A stretch of DNA of 64,000 nt, from positions 22,320,001-22,384,000 of the forward strand of contig CM120642.1 of NCBI GenBank assembly GCA_051362555.1. The letters are read 5' to 3'. The notes under the pieces are model-generated. The model was not told the origin of the DNA, searched no databases, and saw only the letters and a list, made by a program, of their open reading frames with translations. Position 1 is the stretch's first letter. Each line of letters opens with the position of its first letter. Position numbers and translations under genes: made by a program. Below are positions 15,001 through 30,000 of the stretch, one piece after another. Origin of the DNA: Lingula anatina. Its lineage: Eukaryota > Animalia > Brachiopoda.

Positions 15001-18000
15001 GTTTTCTCTAATTTATATGCTCTGAAAAAATCTTATTCATGAGACACAGTCAACTGATGAGCTTTTCACAGATTTTTATCGTTGTTATGCATCATCTGTC
15101 CAAATGTCACAAATATTGGACTAGATTTGTAAAAATTATTAACGTTTAACTATTTTAAGGCATAGCATTGTCAGTGTTTTCAGTGTCATTTTCAGTTTTC
15201 TTTAATTTATATGTTCTGAAAAAATCTTTTTCATTAGACATTGTCAACTGATTTGGTTTTTTTTCAGATTTTTATTGATGTTAAGCATGATTTGTATAAA
15301 TTTCACAAATATTGGATTAGATTTGTCAAAATTACTAACGTTTAACTATTTGAAGTCATGGACTTTGACAGTATTTTCAGTGTTATTTTCAGTTCCAAAA
15401 ATATCCTCTTTATTAGACACAGTCAACTCTTAAGCTAAACTTTATCAAAGTTATTAATGTTTAACTATTTAAGTCTGTGAAATTTGTCCATTTTTAAATT
15501 TTAATTTTCACTTTTTTCAAATATATTGTTCTTTTTCCAGGTGACTTTTTCCATACAGTGTGGTGGGTTTTTTTGATGAACTGATTCTTCCTGTCTGGTC
15601 ATGGCTAATTCCTGTAGAAAAAACAGGCAGTGAAAGACAACAGCAAGAGCAATGGTCTGACTCATCCATGTGTACAATAGATGGTATGTGGCAAGCTTTA
15701 GGACATTGTCAAATGGTGTGCTAAACATGATTCCAGAAACCGATTGTAAGGAGGAATCTGCATCTGGTATTGGTAGTAAGGAGAAGACTTGAATGGGTAT
15801 ATATTTTTTTGCAGAAGACAATTACACTTCTATGATACACAGTCAACTGATAAGCTTATCACAGATTTTTATTACTGTTCAGCATCATTTGCCCAAATTC
15901 CACAAATATTCGACAAGATTTGTCAAAATTATTAACGTTTAACTATTTTATACCATGAAATTTGGCAGTATTTTTAGTGTTATTTTCAGTTTTTTCAACT
16001 TTATTGTCCTAAAAAAATCTTTTTCATTGGACCCAGTCAACTGATGAGCTTATCACAGATTTTTATTGATTTTAAGCATCATTTGTACAAATTTCACAAA
16101 TATTGGACTAGATTTGTCAAAATGATTAATATTTAACTATTTGAAGTCATGGACTTTGGCAGTCTTTTCAATGTAACATTCAGTTCTCTAAATTATATTG
16201 TCCGAAAAAAATCATTTTCATGAGACACAGTCAACTGATGAGCTTTTCACAGATTTTTATTGTTGTTATGAATGATCTGTCCAAATTTCACAGATATTGT
16301 ACTAGATTTGTCAAAATTATTAACGTTTAACTATATTAATGCACCGAATTTGGTAGACTTCTCAATGTAATTTTCAGTTTTCTCAAATTTATATGCTCTG
16401 AAAAAATCTTATTCATGAGACACAGTCAACTGATGAGCTTTTCACAGATTTTTATCGTTGTTATGCATCATCTGTCCAAATTTCACAAATATTGGACTAG
16501 ATTTGTAAAAATTATTAACGTTTAACTATTTTAAGGCATAGCATTGTCAGTGTTTTCAGTGTCATTTTCAGTTTTCTTTAATTTATATGTTCTGAAAAAA
16601 TCTTTTTCATTAGACATTGTCAACTGATTTGGTTTTTTTTCAGATTTTTATTGATGTTAAGCATGATTTGTATAAATTTCACAAATATTGGATTAGATTT
16701 GTCAAAATTACTAACGTTTAACTATTTGAAGTCATGGACTTTGACAGTGTTTTCAGTGTTATTTTCAGTTCCAAAAATATCCTCTTTATTAGACACAGTC
16801 AACTCTTAAGCTAAACTTTATCAAAGTTATTAATGTTTAACTATTTAAGTCTGTGAAATTTGTCCATTTTTAAATTTTAATTTTCACTTTTTTCAAATAT
16901 ATTGTTCTTTTTCCAGGTGACTTTTTCCATACAGTGTGGTGGGTTTTTTTGATGAACTGATTCTTCCTGTCTGGTCATGGCTAATTCCTGTAGAAAAAAC
17001 AGGCAGTGAAAGACAACAGCAAGAGCAATGGTCTGACTCATCCATGTGTACAATAGATGGTATGTGGCAAGCTTTAGGACATTGTCAAATGGTGTGCTAA
17101 ACATGATTCCAGAAACCGATTGTAAGGAGGAATCTGCATCTGGTATTGGTAGTAAGAAGACTTGAATGGGTATATATTTTTTTGCAGAAGACAATTACAC
17201 TTCTATGATACACAGTCAACTGATAAGCTTATCACAGATTTTTATTACTGTTCAGCATCATTTGCCCAAATTCCACAAATATTCGACAAGATTTGTCAAA
17301 ATTATTAACGTTTAACTATTTTATACCATGAAATTTGGCAGTATTTTTAGTGTTATTTTCAGTTTTTTCAACTTTATTGTCCTAAAAAAATCTTTTTCAT
17401 TGGACCCAGTCAACTGATGAGCTTATCACAGATTTTTATTGATTTTAAGCATCATTTGTACAAATTTCACAAATATTGGACTAGATTTGTCAAAATGATT
17501 AATATTTAACTATTTGAAGTCATGGACTTTGGCAGTCTTTTCAATGTAACATTCAGTTCTCTAAATTATATTGATCGAAAAAAATCATTTTCATGAGACA
17601 CAGTCAACTGATGAGCTTTTCACAGATTTTTATTGTTGTTATGAATGATCTGTCCAAATTTCACAGATATTGTACTAGATTTGTCAAAATTATTAACGTT
17701 TAACTATATTAATGCACCGAATTTGGTAGACTTCTCAATGTAATTTTCAGTTTTCTCAAATTTATATGCTCTGAAAAAATCTTATTCATGAGACACAGTC
17801 AACTGATGAGCTTTTCACAGATTTTTATCGTTGTTATGCATCATCTGTCCAAATTTCACAAATATTGGACTAGATTTGTAAAAATAATTAACGTTTAACT
17901 ATTTTAAGGCATAGCATTGTCAGTGTTTTCAGTGTCATTTTCAGTTTTCTTTAATTTATATGTTCTGAAAAAATCTTTTTCATTAGACATTGTCAACTGA

Positions 18001-21000
18001 TTTGGTTTTTTTCAGATTTTTATTGATGTTAAGCATGATTTGTACAAATTTCACAAATATTGGACTAGATTTGTCAAAATTACTAACGTTTAACTATTTG
18101 AAGTCATGGACTTTGACAGTGTTTTCAGTGTTATTTTCAGTTCCAAAAATATCCTCTTTATTAGAAACAGTCAACTCTTAAGCTAAACTTTATCAAAGTT
18201 ATTAATGTTTAACTATTTAAGTCTGTGAAATTTGTCCATTTTTAAATTTTAATTTTCACTTTTTTCAAATATATTGTTCTTTTTCCAGGTGACTTTTTCC
18301 ATACAGCGTGGTGGGTTTTTTGATGAACTGATTCTTCCTGTCCGGTCATGGCTAATTCCTGTAGAAAAAACAGGCAGTGAAAGACAACAGCAAGAGCAAT
18401 GGTCTATCTCATCCATGTGTACAATAGATGGTATGTGGCAAGCTTTAGGACATTGTCAAATGGTGTGCTAAACATGATTCCAGAAACCGATTGTAAGGAG
18501 GAATCTGCATCTGGTATTGGTAGTAAGGAGAAGACTTGAATGGGTATATATTTTTTTTGCAGAGGACAATTACACTTCTATGATACACAGTCAAGTGATA
18601 AGCTTATCACAGATTTTTATTACTGTTCAGCATCATTTGCCCAAATTCCACAAATATTCGACAAGATTTGTCAAAATTATTAACGTTTAACTATTTTATA
18701 CCATGAAATTTGGCAGTATTTTTAGTGTTATTTTCAGTTTTTTCAACTTTATTGTCCTAAAAAAAAACTTTTCATTGGACCCATTCAACTGATGAGCTTA
18801 GCACAGATTTTTATTGATTTTAAGCATCATTTGTACAAATTTCACAAATATTCGACAAGATTTGTCAAAATTATTAACGTTTAACTATTTTATACCATGA
18901 AATTTGGCAGTATTTTTAGTGTTATTTTCAGTTTTTCAACTTTATTGTCCTAAAAAAATCTTTTTCATTGGACCCAGTCAACTGATGAGCTTATCACAGA
19001 TTTTTATTGATTTTAAGCATCATTTGTACAAATTTCACAAATATTGGACTAGATTTGTCAAAATGATTAATATTTAACTATTTGAAGTCATGGACTTTGG
19101 CAGTCTTTTCAATGTAACATTCAGTTTTCTAAATTATATTGTCCGAAAAAATCATTTTCATGAGACACAGTCAACTGATGAGCTTTTCACAGATTTTTAT
19201 TGTTGTTATGAATGATCTGTCCAAATTTCACAGATATTGTACTAGATTTGTCAAAATTATTAACGTTTAACTATATTAATGCACCGAATTTGGTAGACTT
19301 CTCAATGTAATTTTCAGTTTTCTCAAATTTATATGCTCTGAAAAAATCTTATTCATGAGACACAGTCAACTGATGAGCTTTTCACAGATTTTTATCGTTG
19401 TTATGCATCATCTGTCCAAATTTCACAAATATTGGACTAGATTTGTAAAAATTATTAACGTTTAACTATTTTAAGGCATAGCATTGTCAGTGTTTTCAGT
19501 GTCATTTTCAGTTTTCTTTAATTTATATGTTCTGAAAAAATCTTTTTCATTAGACATCGTCAACTGATTTGGTTTTTTTCAGATTTTTATTGATGTTAAG
19601 CATGATTTGTACAAATTTCACAAATATTGGACTAGATTTGTCAAAATTACTAACGTTTAACTATTTGAAGTCATGGACTTTGACAGTGTTTTCAGTGTTA
19701 TTTTCAGTTCCAAAAATATCCTCTTTATTAGACACAGTCAACTATTAAGCTAAACTTTATCAAAGTTATTAATGTTTAACTATTTAAGTCTGTGAAATTT
19801 GTCCATTTTTAAATTTTAATTTTCACTTTTTTCAAATATATTGTTCTTTTTCCAGGTGACTTTTTCCATACAGCGTGGTGGGTTTTTTGATGAACTGATT
19901 CTTCCTGTCCGGTCATGGCTAATTCCTGTAGAAAAAACAGGCAGTGAAAGACAACAGCAAGAGCAATGGTCTGTCTCATCCATGTGTACAATAGATGGTA
20001 TGTGGCAAGCTTTAGGATATTGTCAAATGGTATGCTAAACATGATTCCAGAAACCAATTGTAAGGAGGAATCTGCATCTGGTATTGGTAGTAAGGAGAAG
20101 ACTTGAATGGGTATATATTTTTTTTGCAGAGGACTATTACACTTCTATGATACACAGTCAACTGATAAGCTTATCACAGATTTTTATTACTGTTCAGCAT
20201 CATTTGCCCAAATTCCACAAATATTCGACAAGATTTGTCAAAATTATTAACGTTTAACTATTTTATACCATGAAATTTGGCAGTATTTTTAGTGTTATTT
20301 TCAGTTTTTTCAACTTTATTGTCCTAAAAAAATCTTTTTCATTGGACCCAGTCAACTGATGAGCTTATCACAGATTTTTATTGATTTTAAGCATCATTTG
20401 TACAAATTTCACAAATATTGGACTAGATTTGTCAAAATGATTAATATTTAACTATTTGAAGTCATGGACTTTGGCAGTCTTTTCAATGTAACATTCAGTT
20501 TTCTAAAATATATTGTCCGAAAAAAATCATTTTCATGAGACACAGTCAACTGATGAGCTTTTCACAGATTTTTATTGTTGTTATGAATGATCTGTCCAAA
20601 TTTCACAGATATTGTACTAGATTTGTCAAAATTATTAACGTTTAACTATATTAATGCACCGAATTTGGTAGACTTCTCAATGTAATTTTCAGTTTTCTCA
20701 AATTTATATGCTCTGAAAAAATCTTATTCATGAGACACAGTCAACTGATGAGCTTTTCACAGATTTTTATCGTTGTTATGCATCATCTGTCCAAATTTCA
20801 CAAATATTGGACTAGATTTGTAAAAATTATTAACGTTTAACTATTTTAAGGCATAGCATTGTCAGTGTTTTCAGTGTCATTTTCAGTTTTCTTTAATTTA
20901 TATGTTCTGAAAAAATCTTTTTCATTAGACATTGTCAACTGATTTGGTTTTTTTCAGATTTTTATTGATGTTAAGCATGATTTGTACAAATTTCACAAAT

Positions 21001-24000
21001 ATTGGATTAGATTTGTCAAAATTACTAACGTTTAACTATTTGAAGTCATGGACTTTGACAGTGTTTTCAGTGTTATTTTCAGTTCCAAAAATATCCTCTT
21101 TATTAGACACAGTCAACTCTTAAGCTAAACTGTATCAAAGTTATTAGTGTTTAACTATTTAAGTCTGTGAAATTTGTCCATTTTTAAATTTTAATTTTCA
21201 CTTTTTTCAAATATATTGTTCTTTTTCCAGGTGACTTTTTCCATACAGCGTGGTGGGTTTTTTGATGAACTGATTCTTCCTGTCCGGTCATGGCTAATTC
21301 CTGTAGAAAAAACAGGCAGTGAAAGACAACAGCAAGAGCAATGGTCTGTCTTATCCATGTGTACAATAGATGGTATGTGGCAAGCTTTAGGACATTGTCA
21401 AATGGTGTGCTAAACATGATTCCAGAAACCGATTGTAAGGAGGAATCTGCATCTGGTATTGGTAGTAAGGAGAAGACTTGAATGGGTATATATTTTTTTG
21501 CAGAAGACAATTACACTTCTATGATACACAGTCAACTGATAAGCTTATCACAGATTTTTATTACTGTTCAGCATCATTTGCCCAAATTCCACAAATATTC
21601 GACAAGATTTGTCAAAATTATTAACGTTTAACTATTTTATACCATGAAATTTGGCAGTATTTTTAGTGTTATTTTCAGTTTTTTCAACTTTATTGTCCTA
21701 AAAAAATCTTTTTCATTGGACCCAGTCAACTGATGAGCTTATCACAGATTTTTATTGATTTTAAGCATCATTTGTACAAATTTCACAAATATTGGACTAG
21801 ATTTGTCAAAATGATTAATATTTAACTATTTGAAGTCATGGACTTTGGCAGTCTTTTCAATGTAACATTCAGTTTTCTAAAATATATTGTCCGAAAAAAA
21901 TCATTTTCATGAGACACAGTCAACTGATGAGCTTTTCACAGATTTTTATTGTTGTTATGAATGATCTGTCCAAATTTCACAGATATTGTACTAGATTTGT
22001 CAAAATTATTAACGTTTAACTATATTAATGCACCGAATTTGGTAGACTTCTCAATGTAATTTTCAGTTTTCTCAAATTTATATGCTCTGAAAAAATCTTA
22101 TTCATGAGACACAGTCAACTGATGAGCTTTTCACAGATTTTTATCGTTGTTATGCATCATCTGTCCAAATTTCACAAATATTGGACTAGATTTGTAAAAA
22201 TTATTAACGTTTAACTATTTTAAGGCATAGCATTGTCAGTGTTTTCAGTGTCATTTTCAGTTTTCTTTAATTTATATGTTCTGAAAAAATCTTTTTCATT
22301 AGACATCGTCAACTGATTTGGTTTTTTTCAGATTTTTATTGATGTTAAGCATGATTTGTACAAATTTCACAAATATTGGATTAGATTTGTCAAAATTACT
22401 AACGTTTAACTATTTGAAGTCATGGACTTTGACAGTGTTTTCAGTGTTATTTTCAGTTCCAAAAATATCCTCTTTATTAGACACAGTCAACTATTAAGCT
22501 AAACTTTATCAAAGTTATTAATGTTTAACTATTTAAGTCTGTGAAATTTGTCCATTTTTAAATTTTAATTTTCACTTTTTTCAAATATATTGTTCTTTTT
22601 CCAGGTGACTTTTTCCATACAGCGTGGTGGGTTTTTTGATGAACTGATTCTTCCTGTCCGGTCATGGCTAATTCCTGTAGAAAAAACAGGCAGTGAAAGA
22701 CAACAGCAAGAGCAATGGTCTGTCTCATCCATGTGTACAATAGATGGTATGTGGCAAGCTTTAGGATATTGTCAAATGGTATGCTAAACATGATTCCAGA
22801 AACCAATTGTAAGGAGGAATCTGCATCTGGTATTGGTAGTAAGGAGAAGACTTGAATGGGTATATATTTTTTTTGCAGAGGACAATTACACTTCTATGAT
22901 ACACAGTCAACTGATAAGCTTATCACAGATTTTTATTACTGTTCAGCATCATTTGCCCAAATTCCACAAATATTCGACAAGATTTGTCAAAATTATTAAC
23001 GTTTAACTATTTTATACCATGAAATTTGGCAGTATTTTTAGTGTTATTTTCAGTTTTTTCAACTTTATTGTCCTAAAAAAATCTTTTTCATTGGACCCAG
23101 TCAACTGATGAGCTTATCACAGATTTTTATTGATTTTAAGCATCATTTGTACAAATTTCACAAATATTGGACTAGATTTGTCAAAATGATTAATATTTAA
23201 CTATTTGAAGTCATGGACTTTGGCAGTCTTTTCAATGTAACATTCAGTTTTCTAAAATATATTGTCCGAAAAAAATCATTTTCATGAGACACAGTCAACT
23301 GATGAGCTTTTCACAGATTTTTATTGTTGTTATGAATGATCTGTCCAAATTTCACAGATATTGTACTAGATTTGTCAAAATTATTAACGTTTAACTATAT
23401 TAATGCACCGAATTTGGTAGACTTCTCAATGTAATTTTCAGTTTTCTCAAATTTATATGCTCTGAAAAAATCTTATTCATGAGACACAGTCAACTGATGA
23501 GCTTTTCACAGATTTTTATCGTTGTTATGCATCATCTGTCCAAATTTCACAAATATTGGACTAGATTTGTAAAAATTATTAACGTTTAACTATTTTAAGG
23601 CATAGCATTGTCAGTGTTTTCAGTGTCATTTTCAGTTTTCTTTAATTTATATGTTCTGAAAAAATCTTTTTCATTAGACATTGTCAACTGATTTGGTTTT
23701 TTTCAGATTTTTATTGATGTTAAGCATGATTTGTACAAATTTCACAAATATTGGATTAGATTTGTCAAAATTACTAACGTTTAACTATTTGAAGTCATGG
23801 ACTTTGACAGTGTTTTCAGTGTTATTTTCAGTTCCAAAAATATCCTCTTTATTAGACACAGTCAACTCTTAAGCTAAACTGTATCAAAGTTATTAGTGTT
23901 TAACTATTTAAGTCTGTGAAATTTGTCCATTTTTAAATTTTAATTTTCACTTTTTTCAAATATATTGTTCTTTTTCCAGGTGACTTTTTCCATACAGCGT

Positions 24001-27000
24001 GGTGGGTTTTTTGATGAACTGATTCTTCCTGTCCGGTCATGGCTAATTCCTGTAGAAAAAACAGGCAGTGAAAGACAACAGCAAGAGCAATGGTCTGTCT
24101 TATCCATGTGTACAATAGATGGTATGTGGCAAGCTTTAGGACATTGTCAAATGGTGTGCTAAACATGATTCCAGAAACCGATTGTAAGGAGGAATCTGCA
24201 TCTGGTATTGGTAGTAAGGAGAAGACTTGAATGGGTATATATTTTTTTGCAGAAGACAATTACACTTCTATGATACACAGTCAACTGATAAGCTTATCAC
24301 AGATTTTTATTACTGTTCAGCATCATTTGCCCAAATTCCACAAATATTCGACAAGATTTGTCAAAATTATTAACGTTTAACTATTTTATACCATGAAATT
24401 TGGCAGTATTTTTAGTGTTATTTTCAGTTTTTTCAACTTTATTGTCCTAAAAAAATCTTTTTCATTGGACCCAGTCAACTGATGAGCTTATCACAGATTT
24501 TTATTGATTTTAAGCATCATTTGTACAAATTTCACAAATATTGGACTAGATTTGTCAAAATGATTAATATTTAACTATTTGAAGTCATGGACTTTGGCAG
24601 TCTTTTCAATGTAACATTCAGTTTTCTAAATTATATTGTCCGAAAAAATCATTTTCATGAGACACAGTCAACTGATGAGCTTTTCACAGATTTTTATTGT
24701 TGTTATGAATGATCTGTCCAAATTTCACAGATATTGTATTAGATTTGTCAAAATTATTAACGTTTAACTATATTAATGCACCAAATTTGGTAGACTTCTC
24801 AATGTAATTTTCAGTTTTCTCTAATTTATATGCTCTGAAAAAATCTTATTCATGAGACACAGTCAACTGATGAGCTTTTCACAGATTTTTATCGTTGTTA
24901 TGCATCATCTGTCCAAATGTCACAAATATTGGACTAGATTTGTAAAAATTATTAACGTTTAACTATTTTAAGGCATAGCATTGTCAGTGTTTTCAGTGTC
25001 ATTTTCAGTTTTCTTTAATTTATATGTTCTGAAAAAATCTTTTTCATTAGACATTGTCAACTGATTTGGTTTTTTTTCAGATTTTTATTGATGTTAAGCA
25101 TGATTTGTATAAATTTCACAAATATTGGATTAGATTTGTCAAAATTACTAACGTTTAACTATTTGAAGTCATGGACTTTGACAGTATTTTCAGTGTTATT
25201 TTCAGTTCCAAAAATATCCTCTTTATTAGACACAGTCAACTCTTAAGCTAAACTTTATCAAAGTTATTAATGTTTAACTATTTAAGTCTGTGAAATTTGT
25301 CCATTTTTAAATTTTAATTTTCACTTTTTTCAAATATATTGTTCTTTTTCCAGGTGACTTTTTCCATACAGTGTGGTGGGTTTTTTTTGATGAACTGATT
25401 CTTCCTGTCTGGTCATGGCTAATTCCTGTAGAAAAAACAGGCAGTGAAAGACAACAGCAAGAGCAATGGTCTGACTCATCCATGTGTACAATAGATGGTA
25501 TGTGGCAAGCTTTAGGACATTGTCAAATGGTGTGCTAAACATGATTCCAGAAACCGATTGTAAGGAGGAATCTGCATCTGGTATTGGTAGTAAGGAGAAG
25601 ACTTGAATGGGTATATATTTTTTTGCAGAAGACAATTACACTTCTATGATACACAGTCAACTGATAAGCTTATCACAGATTTTTATTACTGTTCAGCATC
25701 ATTTGCCCAAATTCCACAAATATTCGACAAGATTTGTCAAAATTATTAACGTTTAACTATTTTATACCATGAAATTTGGCAGTATTTTTAGTGTTATTTT
25801 CAGTTTTTTCAACTTTATTGTCCTAAAAAAATCTTTTTCATTGGACCCAGTCAACTGATGAGCTTATCACAGATTTTTATTGATTTTAAGCATCATTTGT
25901 ACAAATTTCACAAATATTGGACTAGATTTGTCAAAATGATTAATATTTAACTATTTGAAGTCATGGACTTTGGCAGTCTTTTCAATGTAACATTCAGTTC
26001 TCTAAATTATATTGTCCGAAAAAAATCATTTTCATGAGACACAGTCAACTGATGAGCTTTTCACAGATTTTTATTGTTGTTATGAATGATCTGTCCAAAT
26101 TTCACAGATATTGTACTAGATTTGTCAAAATTATTAACGTTTAACTATATTAATGCACCGAATTTGGTAGACTTCTCAATGTAATTTTCAGTTTTCTCAA
26201 ATTTATATGCTCTGAAAAAATCTTATTCATGAGACACAGTCAACTGATGAGCTTTTCACAGATTTTTATCGTTGTTATGCATCATCTGTCCAAATTTCAC
26301 AAATATTGGACTAGATTTGTAAAAATTATTAACGTTTAACTATTTTAAGGCATAGCATTGTCAGTGTTTTCAGTGTCATTTTCAGTTTTCTTTAATTTAT
26401 ATGTTCTGAAAAAATCTTTTTCATTAGACATTGTCAACTGATTTGGTTTTTTTCAGATTTTTATTGATGTTAAGCATGATTTGTATAAATTTCACAAATA
26501 TTGGATTAGATTTGTCAAAATTACTAACGTTTAACTATTTGAAGTCATGGACTTTGACAGTGTTTTCAGTGTTATTTTCAGTTCCAAAAATATCCTCTTT
26601 ATTAGACACAGTCAACTATTAAGCTAAACTTTATCAAAGTTATTAATGTTTAACTATTTAAGTCTGTGAAATTTGTCCATTTTTAAATTTTAATTTTCAC
26701 TTTTTTCAAATATATTGTTCTTTTTCCAGGTGACTTTTTCCATACAGCGTGGTGGGTTTTTTGATGAACTGATTCTTCCTGTCCGGTCATGGCTAATTCC
26801 TGTAGAAAAAACAGGCAGTGAAAGACAACAGCAAGAGCAATGGTCTGTCTCATCCATGTGTACAATAGATGGTATGTGGCAAGCTTTAGGACATTGTCAA
26901 ATGGTGTGCTAAACATGATTCCAGAAACCGATTGTAAGGAGGAATCTGCATCTGGTATTGGTAGTAAGGAGAAGACTTGAATGGGTATATATTTTTTTTG

Positions 27001-30000
27001 CAGAGGACAATTACACTTCTATGATACACAGTCAACTGATAAGCTTATCACAGATTTTTATTACTGTTCAGCATCATTTGCCCAAATTCCACAAATATTC
27101 GACAAGATTTGTCAAAATTATTAACGTTTAACTATTTTATACCATGAAATTTGGCAGTATTTTTAGTGTTATTTTCAGTTTTTTCAACTTTATTGTCCTA
27201 AAAAAATCTTTTTCATTGGACCCAGTCAACTGATGAGCTTATCACAGATTTTTATTGATTTTAAGCATCATTTGTACAAATTTCACAAATATTGGACTAG
27301 ATTTGTCAAAATGATTAATATTTAACTATTTGAAGTCATGGACTTTGGCAGTCTTTTCAATGTAACATTCAGTTTTCTAAAATATATTGTCCGAAAAAAA
27401 TCATTTTCATGAGACACAGTCAACTGATGAGCTTTTCACAGATTTTTATTGTTGTTATGAATGATCTGTCCAAATTTCACAGATATTGTACTAGATTTGT
27501 CAAAATTATTAACGTTTAACTATATTAATGCACCGAATTTGGTAGACTTCTCAATGTAATTTTCAGTTTTCTCAAATTTATATGCTCTGAAAAAATCTTA
27601 TTCATGAGACACAGTCAACTGATGAGCTTTTCACAGATTTTTATCGTTGTTATGCATCATCTGTCCAAATTTCACAAATATTGGACTAGATTTGTAAAAA
27701 TTATTAACGTTTAACTATTTTAAGGCATAGCATTGTCAGTGTTTTCAGTGTCATTTTCAGTTTTCTTTAATTTATATGTTCTGAAAAAATCTTTTTCATT
27801 AGACATTGTCAACTGATTTGGTTTTTTTCAGATTTTTATTGATGTTAAGCATGATTTGTATAAATTTCACAAATATTGGATTAGATTTGTCAAAATTACT
27901 AACGTTTAACTATTTGAAGTCATGGACTTTGACAGTGTTTTCAGTGTTATTTTCAGTTCCAAAAATATCCTCTTTATTAGACACAGTCAACTATTAAGCT
28001 AAACTTTATCAAAGTTATTAATGTTTAACTATTTAAGTCTGTGAAATTTGTCCATTTTTAAATTTTAATTTTCACTTTTTTCAAATATATTGTTCTTTTT
28101 CCAGGTGACTTTTTCCATACAGCGTGGTGGGTTTTTTGATGAACTGATTCATCCTGTCCGGTCATGGCTAATTCCTGTAGAAAAAACAGGCAGTGAAAGA
28201 CAACAGCAAGAGCAATGGTCTGTCTCATCCATGTGTACAATAGATGGTATGTGGCAAGCTTTAGGATATTGTCAAATGGTATGCTAAACATGATTCCAGA
28301 AACCAATTGTAAGGAGGAATCTGCATCTGGTATTGGTAGTAAGGAGAAGACTTGAATGGGTATATATTTTTTTTGCAGAGGACAATTACACTTCTATGAT
28401 ACACAGTCAACTGATAAGCTTATCACAGATTTTTATTACTGTTCAGCATCATTTGCCCAAATTCCACAAATATTCGACAAGATTTGTCAAAATTATTAAC
28501 GTTTAACTATTTTATACCATGAAATTTGGCAGTATTTTTAGTGTTATTTTCAGTTTTTTCAACTTTATTGTCCTAAAAAAATCTTTTTCATTGGACCCAG
28601 TCAACTGATGAGCTTATCACAGATTTTTATTGATTTTAAGCATCATTTGTACAAATTTCACAAATATTGGACTAGATTTGTCAAAATGATTAATATTTAA
28701 CTATTTGAAGTCATGGACTTTGGCAGTCTTTTCAATGTAACATTCAGTTCTCTAAATTATATTGTCCGAAAAAAATCATTTTCATGAGACACAGTCAACT
28801 GATGAGCTTTTCACAGATTTTTATTGTTGTTATGAATGATCTGTCCAAATTTCACAGATATTGTACTAGATTTGTCAAAATTATTAACGTTTAACTATAT
28901 TAATGCACCGAATTTGGTAGACTTCTCAATGTAATTTTCAGTTTTCTCAAATTTATATGCTCTGAAAAAATCTTATTCATGAGACACAGTCAACTGATGA
29001 GCTTTTCACAGATTTTTATCGTTGTTATGCATCATCTGTCCAAATTTCACAAATATTGGACTAGATTTGTAAAAATTATTAACGTTTAACTATTTTAAGG
29101 CATAGCATTGTCAGTGTTTTCAGTGTCATTTTCAGTTTTCTTTAATTTATATGTTCTGAAAAAATCTTTTTCATTAGACATTGTCAACTGATTTGGTTTT
29201 TTTCAGATTTTTATTGATGTTAAGCATGATTTGTATAAATTTCACAAATATTGGATTAGATTTGTCAAAATTACTAACGTTTAACTATTTGAAGTCATGG
29301 ACTTTGACAGTGTTTTCAGTGTTATTTTCAGTTCCAAAAATATCCTCTTTATTAGACACAGTCAACTCTTAAGCTAAACTTTATCAAAGTTATTAATGTT
29401 TAACTATTTAAGTCTGTGAAATTTGTCCATTTTTAAATTTTAATTTTCACTTTTTTCAAATATATTGTTCTTTTTCCAGGTGACTTTTTCCATACAGTGT
29501 GGTGGGTTTTTTTGATGAACTGATTCTTCCTGTCTGGTCATGGCTAATTCCTGTAGAAAAAACAGGCAGTGAAAGACAACAGCAAGAGCAATGGTCTGAC
29601 TCATCCATGTGTACAATAGATGGTATGTGGCAAGCTTTAGGACATTGTCAAATGGTGTGCTAAACATGATTCCAGAAACCGATTGTAAGGAGGAATCTGC
29701 ATCTGGTATTGGTAGTAAGGAGAAGACTTGAATGGGTATATATTTTTTTGCAGAAGACAATTACACTTCTATGATACACAGTCAACTGATAAGCTTATCA
29801 CAGATTTTTATTACTGTTCAGCATCATTTGCCCAAATTCCACAAATATTCGACAAGATTTGTCAAAATTATTAACGTTTAACTATTTTATACCATGAAAT
29901 TTGGCAGTATTTTTAGTGTTATTTTCAGTTTTTTCAACTTTATTGTCCTAAAAAAATCTTTTTCATTGGACCCAGTCAACTGATGAGCTTATCACAGATT

